Part shown: one piece after another, positions 56,630 through 64,000 of the stretch
Layout: every line of letters starts with the position of its first letter
Numbering within the stretch: position 1 is the stretch's first letter
Origin: Octopus vulgaris
Taxonomy: Eukaryota
Direction of reading: 5' to 3'
Length of the DNA stretch: 64,000 nt
Assembly: GCA_951406725.2 (NCBI GenBank)
Contig: OX597826.1
Location: 46,810,001-46,874,000, forward strand
Notes under the pieces: generated by a model
Seen by the model: only the letters and a program-made list of their open reading frames with translations
Told to the model about the DNA's origin: nothing
The model's database searches: none
Program-made: the position numbers and the translations under genes

Positions 56630-57290
56630 TAAATGCTTCTGATTTTAGGAACAAGGCTAGTAATGTGGATGGTAGTGGATTACATCGACCTCAGTACTTA
56701 ACTCGTATTTTTTTATCAACCACAATAGCATGTAAAGCAAAGTTGAGCTCGATTAGATTTGCACTCAGAACATAAGAAGTTAGAACGAACACCGCAAAGC
56801 AAATGTTTACTGACGCTCTTGCTGTTTTCCAACTCGATTGCTAAGATAGGCGCAAGGCCACACACGGAGTGGCAAAGGAGATATCATTAGAGTGATACCA
56901 GTACTTGATTTGTTCTTAATTTAGTGACCTCTCGGTAGTATAAAAGATAAAGTGAAACTAGTTGGGATTTTGAACTCATAACGCAAAGGGAATAACTACA
57001 TAGCACTTAGATTTTATTTTAAGCACTCTACCGATTCTGCCATCCCATCACTAAGAATTAGTTGAAAACATTATTTCTAATTTTGGAACAAAGCTAGCAA
57101 TTTAAGAGGCGGGGAAATCGATTATATCAACTCCAGTGCTTAACGGGTACTATTTGTTTTATTGACCCTGAAATATTGGAAAGTAAAGTCGGCCTCAGCG
57201 GTATCTGAACACAAAACGTAAAGAAGCGGAAGAAATGCCACCAAGCAGTTTTGTCTGGCACGGTAACGATTCTTGTAGCTCGTTGCCTTG
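56630..57290 (-). mobile_element. Three head-to-tail, highly diverged family A-like SINEs
   Basis: Three repeats of the caaggc..cagtactt..gaactca..acg..aaag pattern at about 220-bp spacing. Confidence 0.55.
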
Positions 57291-58040
57291 AGGAATTATT
57301 TGAAATAATGCCAAATTTTAATCTATTTGTTTTATTTTTACTCTTTGTCGCTGGTTAAGTAAATGAATTAACCATAATGGGAAGCATTGAATGACAGGAG
57401 TTCGCTGCTCTATGCCCTGCACATGGCTCTAAAATAAAACTATCTGCCGTAACTTTAAGGTGAAGAAAAGGTAGAGAGGAGTGGGGCGAATACAGAAGAG
57501 AAAAAAATGAGAGAAATAAAGGAACAGATATGTAAGATAACGGCTAAGAAATGCTGACAAGTTCCTAGATATCGGTCAATTATATCTAGTCCCTGCTTGG
57601 GACTCTAACGTTGCGTTAGTATTCTTTAAGTAGCCAGCAAGAAAGGTTATCTCAATCAGGACAGCTTTATCTTTGGGGATTTGCCATGAACATCTGTGAC
57701 GTGCTTCATAACAGTCTGCTGATATGAAGAAAAGGAGCAAAGATTTTTTGCGTTATTCTTTACTTATTTTTGTTTATTTATTTGTATCAAATATACCATT
57801 CTATCTCAAAAATCTGAAATTGCCAGTGAGGCATGAAGAAAGGTTGTCAAAAAGAATGACTCCCATTGATCATTAGCTTTATGATTTTTATATTAACTGA
57901 TTTTCCTCGCTTTAAAAGATATAGAAGAGACCCACTGTCTAGATTTACGTTAGCTCTAGCGATCTGGATTATCGTACTCGAATTGTATTTCAGCTTTAAG
58001 ACATCTCGTCATTCACTCTCAGTCTCATCCAGTCTCTGTT

Positions 58041-58071
<31 letters not shown>

Positions 58072-58162
58072 TTCTGTGTCTCTCTCTTTCTCTCCAACTT
58101 CCTCTACAACGCACCTTCTCTACATTCAAGTTCACATAGCAATCTAGCATCTTCGCGCACAT

Positions 58163-58218
<56 letters not shown>

Positions 58219-58435
58219 GCACACAAATTTATTTCTTCGTCTTCTTCTTCTTCTTCTTCTTCTTCCCTCTCTCTGTCTCTCTTTAACGCACGAACACACG
58301 CATTGACATTACCACATACACATATTCTCACAAACAAGGTCATAGAGAAAGTGAGAAAGACAATAACATGCGTACATATAAACAATCTTATGTATACACA
58401 TAATGAAAATAATAATGATAATAATAATAATAATG

Positions 58436-58508
<73 letters not shown>

Positions 58509-58956
58509 TAATGATGATGATGATGATGAGTGTGCGTGCATGTACCCATGCAGTTCATACCAAAGCACATGCAATTATAGATACATAAACACATTAGCAT
58601 ATGAATATTATATATTTCATTTATATTTATGGATGTATATATATGTGTATATTCATACATACATGTATACATATATTTTCACTAAGGTGTTTGACTTATG
58701 AACTCATGACTTATCAATGTCATATATAGAGGAAGAAACCAACGTATACCTTCTCTTAGGAGCGGTGAAGAAACTGTGAAACTGTCCGGCAGGAGACTCC
58801 CTCATTTATTTTTTTTATTTTCCCACGCATTAATAACATATAGAGAATGTGCTTACATTCTTACTCAACCTACAGTAAGGCTTTATAGTATTTAAACATA
58901 TTCTACCTCTGATTTACACTATGGTTCAAACACACACACATACGCACACAACGCGC

Positions 58957-59000
<44 letters not shown>

Positions 59001-59341
59001 ACTCATACACACGCAAATATCCAGGCACTTATGTGTTATCTTGAAAAACACAATCAGTTTGAAGATGATAAAAAGAAGCAATGTCTTGTCTTTATCTGAA
59101 GTGTGGCTTTATCATCATTATTTTGTTCGAGCGGCTAACAGAGTGTGTCACCTTGATACTTCGTAATTGCTTGCCTCTCTCTCGCATCACTCAGTCAACA
59201 GTTCATGAAGTTGATTTACTGTCAACCTTATCTACAAGGCACAACAACTGAACCGTGACCTATTGCTGCCGCTGCCTCCCTCTCCCCGACCCCCTGCCCT
59301 CTCCTCCTCCTACTGCAACTGCTGCTGCTGCCACTACTACT

Positions 59342-59445
<104 letters not shown>

Positions 59446-59708
59446 TAAATAATAATATTAATAATTTTTTTCTCTTTTACTCTTTTACTTGTTTCAGTCA
59501 TTTGACTGCGGCCATGCTGGAGCACCGCCTTTAGTCGAGCAAATCGGCCGCAGGACTTATTCTTTGGAAGCCTAGTATTTATTATGTTGGGCTCTTTTGC
59601 CGAACTGCTAAGTTACAGGGATGTAAACACACCACAATCGGTTGTCAAGCGATGTTAGGGGGACAAACACAGACTACTAGTAGTAGTAGTAGCAGCAGCA
59701 GCAGCAAC

Positions 59709-59751
<43 letters not shown>

Positions 59752-60049
59752 TGCTGGTCCTGTTGCTGGAGGGTGGTAGGAGTTCTCTCCGCTGCTCACA
59801 ATATATCGGACGCAGCTGTGCACCGTCAACCAGCTAGAGATGCCCTCTTGAGGTTAAAAATCGCAGTAAAGTCCGTTTGAACGGACAACCATGCTGGAGT
59901 GTCTACGAACATTACCTATTAGTGCAACTACTGCATTGATCTCTTAGATTTTAAAACTACCATTTTTTACATCAAGCAAAATCAGTGACGGTATGTCGCT
60001 CGAAATTATATATACTATGAGCAGAAGCGAGTTACTATCATATCTTCCA

Positions 60050-60093
60050 GTACTGAAGAGAAGCAGAAATGGTCCGAAACCAAGCTGGTCTGT
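60050..60093 (+). ncRNA. Hammerhead-like motif, family H2, canonical core with decayed stems
   Basis: gta-CTGAAGA-GAAGC agaaat GGTCC-GAA-ACCA agc TGGT-C-tgt. Confidence 0.5.
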
Positions 60094-60312
60094 CGATCCC
60101 GTCGTTAGAATGTGGCAGCGGTTCGCTCCCCTGCTCGCAATATCTCGGATGCAGCTGTGCATCGTTAACCAGCTACAGGAGATGCCATCTTAGGGCTAGA
60201 AATCGCAGTAAAGACTGTTCGAACGGAAAGCCCTGTTGAAATGGCTACGAACGTGAATTGTTGGTGTTCCTCACCCCCGTCTTCCTTTTCTTTTGGCCGT
60301 TCCTCTGTCTCC

Positions 60313-60349
60313 TGTTTCTGAAGAAGAGCTTTGCTCGAAACGTAAAACG
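60313..60349 (+). ncRNA. Minimal type I hammerhead ribozyme, canonical core
   Basis: tgttt-CTGAAGA-A-GAGC ttt GCTC-GAAA-CG-TA-aaacg; GUA triplet; palindromic ACGT stem III. Confidence 0.8.
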
Positions 60350-60704
60350 CCCTTTCTTTCCTTCCCTGAGCGTCTTATTGATACTTTGCATGTACCACGT
60401 CCTCACGTTATTGTTTTTTACTTGTTGTCTTTTTCTCCGTTTTTTATTAATTATATATATATATCTATATCTATATTTATTTATACATACATATGTGTGT
60501 GTATGTGTGTGTGTATCAATAATAAAACAGACAGAGGGATAGAGCGAATTCGTGCTTATTTGGACTATAAGTCTTGCTTAATGGCTTCTGGTGGAATTAG
60601 CTATCAGAACAAAATCAATAGTCCAAGTGAACACTAAATTACAACAAAAACTAAAACTACCTTTAAAATATTCTCAATTCCTCACATAGAATGATTGTTA
60701 GTCA

Positions 60705-60722
60705 GATAGATAGATAGATAGT

Positions 60723-60818
<96 letters not shown>

Positions 60819-60857
60819 CAGACGGACAAACAAAAAGATAGATAGACAGACAGACAT

Positions 60858-60925
<68 letters not shown>

Positions 60926-60926
60926 G

Positions 60927-60957
<31 letters not shown>

Positions 60958-60970
60958 GCAGACAGATAGA
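60705..60970. repeat. (GATA)n/(GACA)n microsatellite
   Basis: Direct tandem repeats. Confidence 0.95.
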
Positions 60971-61626
60971 CACACAAACTTGCAAAGGCAGAAAGTGACG
61001 TAGATGAACAGTTTACCAACGACGTACGTTCCCATGAGTATATTTAGAGGAAAAAAATTACAACCTGAAGCTAAAATACAAAGTTGACACAGAAAAATAT
61101 AAGTTTAGAAAGCTCAAACAACAAGCAGATAATATTCTTTTCGGTTCAGCATCATATATAACATAAAATTATTTACAAATAAGCGAATGCAGGAGAGGAA
61201 TTATTTGATTAAGTTCAGACGTTCGTAATTTAAAACAGTATAGCTCGGTACAAATTTTTCCTTCGTTGTTTTTACTTTCAAGTTTTTCTTCTTTCCCTTC
61301 TCCCTTCTGTCTCGATGAATGTATACAACCCGAAGCGTCGACTCTTCTTCCTTTTTCTTCTCCATTCACAGTATTATACCTATATTTGCTACCAAGAGCT
61401 TTTTGCTGCTGTTCCTGTGTCCTTAGCTGTATATTATATGCTTTGATAGATCTTGCGTTTGCATAGTTTGAATTTCACCTGTGATTCTTAAAACCTCGGC
61501 TCTGTCTCTATCTCTCTCTTTCTCCATCTCTCCTTCATTGTCCGGAATGGAAGCAAGTTAGTGTAAGATTAAAAACAACAGATAGGATCAGATGTACTCT
61601 AATATATACAAAATACAGACTATATT

Positions 61627-62045
61627 CCTATTTCTTTATTGCCCACAAGGGGCTAAACACAGAGGGGGCAAACAAAGACAGACAAAGGGATCAAGTCGAT
61701 TACATCGACCCCAGTGCGTAACTGGTACTTATTTAATTGACCCCGAAAGGATGAAAGGCAAAGTCGACCTCGACGGAATTTGAACTCAGAACGTAGCGTC
61801 AGACGAAATACCTATTTCTTTATTACCCACAAGGGGCTAAACATAGAGGGGACAAACAAGGACAGACATAGGTATTAAGTCGATTACATCGACCCCAGTG
61901 CGTAACTGGTACTTAATTTATCGACCCCGAAATGATGAAAGGCAAAGTCGACCTAGGCGGAATTTGAACTCAGAACGTAGCGGCAGACGAAATACCGCTA
62001 AGCATTTTGCCCGGCGCGCTAACGTTTCTGTCAGCTCGCCGCCTT
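61627..62045 (-). mobile_element. Dimeric family A SINE
   Basis: Two near-identical bodies (about 61627-61810 and 61811-62045) sharing one head. Confidence 0.85.
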
Positions 62046-62544
62046 TAACATACTATTTTCCACTTCATTATACACACGTGGCTATATACGAATCATATCC
62101 AGGTAACAGTATATCAGTTATATCCAGGTGACAATAGATGAATTTCTAAATTACAAGTACTCCTTAAACAGTAATCATATCTTTCCACTGAGTTCAAATC
62201 CCATCCGCAGCAAGGTCGAGGACGTCGAACTAACAGGGCCGATGGTGCATCAGAAAAATTGCTTTGCGACACTTTTTTCCTTTTTTCTTGCTCTTTACGA
62301 TCTGAGCTCGTAACTCGTTAAAGCCAGTTCTGCATTTCATCCTTTCAGAGTAGATAAAATAAAATACCAGTCAAGAACGTGGCTTGGTATAATCGGCAAA
62401 GCCCCCCACCCCCACCCCACTTCAAAATTGCTGGTATTGTGCCTAAATTACAGACCATTATTTTGGAATTCGGTCTCAGTTAAAATTCTAAAATTATAAC
62501 AGTTTCAAATTTAGGTAGAAAAAGGAGAATTTAAATGTATAATA

Positions 62545-62733
62545 GTTCTATATTAAAGAAATGAGGAATTATGTACATTATTTACATTATTTATATTTGA
62601 CGGATATTTGTCCTCATCTTGTTTGTTAACACAACGTTTCGGTTAATATACCATCCAGGATCCATCGAGTGTATTGGAGAAATTTCAAACCTGGGTTCTC
62701 ATTCCTAACTTATTTTCCGATGTTATAATTATA

Positions 62734-62785
<52 letters not shown>

Positions 62786-62854
62786 TCACTGCCTGGAATC
62801 GAACTCAGAATCTTGGCCTTAGTAGCCCGCACTCTTAACCACTACGCCATATGC
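62545..62854 (-). mobile_element. tRNA-headed SINE-like element with (AAT)n spacer and decayed hammerhead-bearing tail
   Basis: A box TGGCGTAGTGG and B box GAGTTCGATTCC at 62781-62854; acac-TCGATGG-A..GAAA-CG-TT-gtgt at 62629-62672. Confidence 0.55.
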
Positions 62855-64000
62855 TGGATACCGGTTTTCCCGGCAGCTACGGGAGATTACTCCGCGTAAG
62901 CTGTATTATATAACGTCTGTAAATTGAAACCATTTTTACAGTGATGAGATAATTGATTTGATAAATAGGTTAATCTATTAAGTCAGGAGGCCTTATCCAG
63001 TTAGGGTCAATAAGTATTGTATTCTTCAGGTCGAAGAACCTAATATTGATTATTGCTTATTATCATTACAGAGATTTTTTTCATACTATAAATTAAACGA
63101 ATATTCCAGTTGGAATTATCTAGATTTTCTTTGATATTTGTCCCGAATAATATTTCGTATTGTAGATATTGGATGAAACACGATCAGTTAAGTTTAATAT
63201 GGCTTACCACACTAAAGAATTACGATAGCGTTGTGGAAGTTATTATATTTTGCTGAGATATTTTATGCGAAGACAGACACCTTTTAAAATTTTTCAGGTA
63301 ACTTTCGTTGTGTTTTACCTAGGTGACATTACCATGAAAAGATCTAACCTGTGATGGATATTGTATGAATTCTTGCAAAAACAATATAAAGAAATAGTTA
63401 TTACCTTTACAGAGAACTTGAAATAGTTTGTTGGAAATTCTAATGAGACGTGTTCAAACGCCTTGGAGCAATGCGTTGTATGGGGAAATATATATGCAGA
63501 AAATCTGTTAAAAATATGCAATTTAAAATTCTTGCGTAGTCGAACTTTTCATAAATGTGCAAAGGATTCCTTTCTTTGTTGAAACCTTCTAGCACGAGCT
63601 TACTTACGTCAACAGCAGCCTCTACCAGAAGGAAATGAAACAAGGCGGGTTGTGGAGAGAGAGTCTGCACAAGGCGTCGGCTATAAAATACCACAAACGT
63701 TTGTGGAATACTGGTGTTACAATTATGAGAATGTCGAAGTGAATCCGGTCAATGACAGGCGAACATTTCTTTGGAATTCTCCCAGCAGTTGGTAACACAA
63801 CAAGAATATTTAGTAAAATGAGAAGAAGTAAAACAGAAAAAGAGAAAAAAAAATCGAAAGTAAAAGAAACGAAAAAAAAAAAAAAGAAATCGTCTGGACA
63901 TAGTTGTTTATGAGAATGGCAGAGCTCAATTGGTACCTTAAATTGAAATTATATATGATGAGCTGGCTGCTCTCCACTTGGGTTTTCAGCCTCTGTTGAA

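Noticed and set aside
62781-62854. Possible genuine tRNA gene (also other A/B-box sequences in the window)
   Set aside because: Acceptor and anticodon stems do not pair properly; these are SINE heads
63290-63303. ttttcag|gtaact resembling a recursive splice site
   Set aside because: A single short motif expected by chance, with no supporting context

Overview
AT-rich, microsatellite-saturated eukaryotic DNA with no intact protein-coding gene. Almost every listed ORF is a translation of (TA)n, (CA)n, (GATA)n or triplet repeats. The repeat content, four abundant tRNA-headed SINE families resembling the octopus OK/OR types, suggests intronic or intergenic DNA of an octopus or other coleoid cephalopod (inference). 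Recognisable mobile elements: a full-length but dead Tc1-type transposon with DD36E spacing; remnants of maT-like, Chapaev3-like and hAT/Charlie DNA transposons; an hAT MITE with an 8-bp TSD; and R4-, RTE- and Tx1-like LINE remnants. The main signal is a dense set of short non-coding units, mostly in or beside microsatellites, that carry minimal type I hammerhead ribozyme folds of the Penelope-like/retrozyme kind. I count about 12 complete or decayed motifs plus 2 truncated halves, from several unrelated families. They include two with canonical cores, three core variants (CUGU(G/U)GA, GUGAACA, CCGGCGA) and one behind a tRNA-derived Pol III head. All folds and translations were done by eye; no database searches were run.
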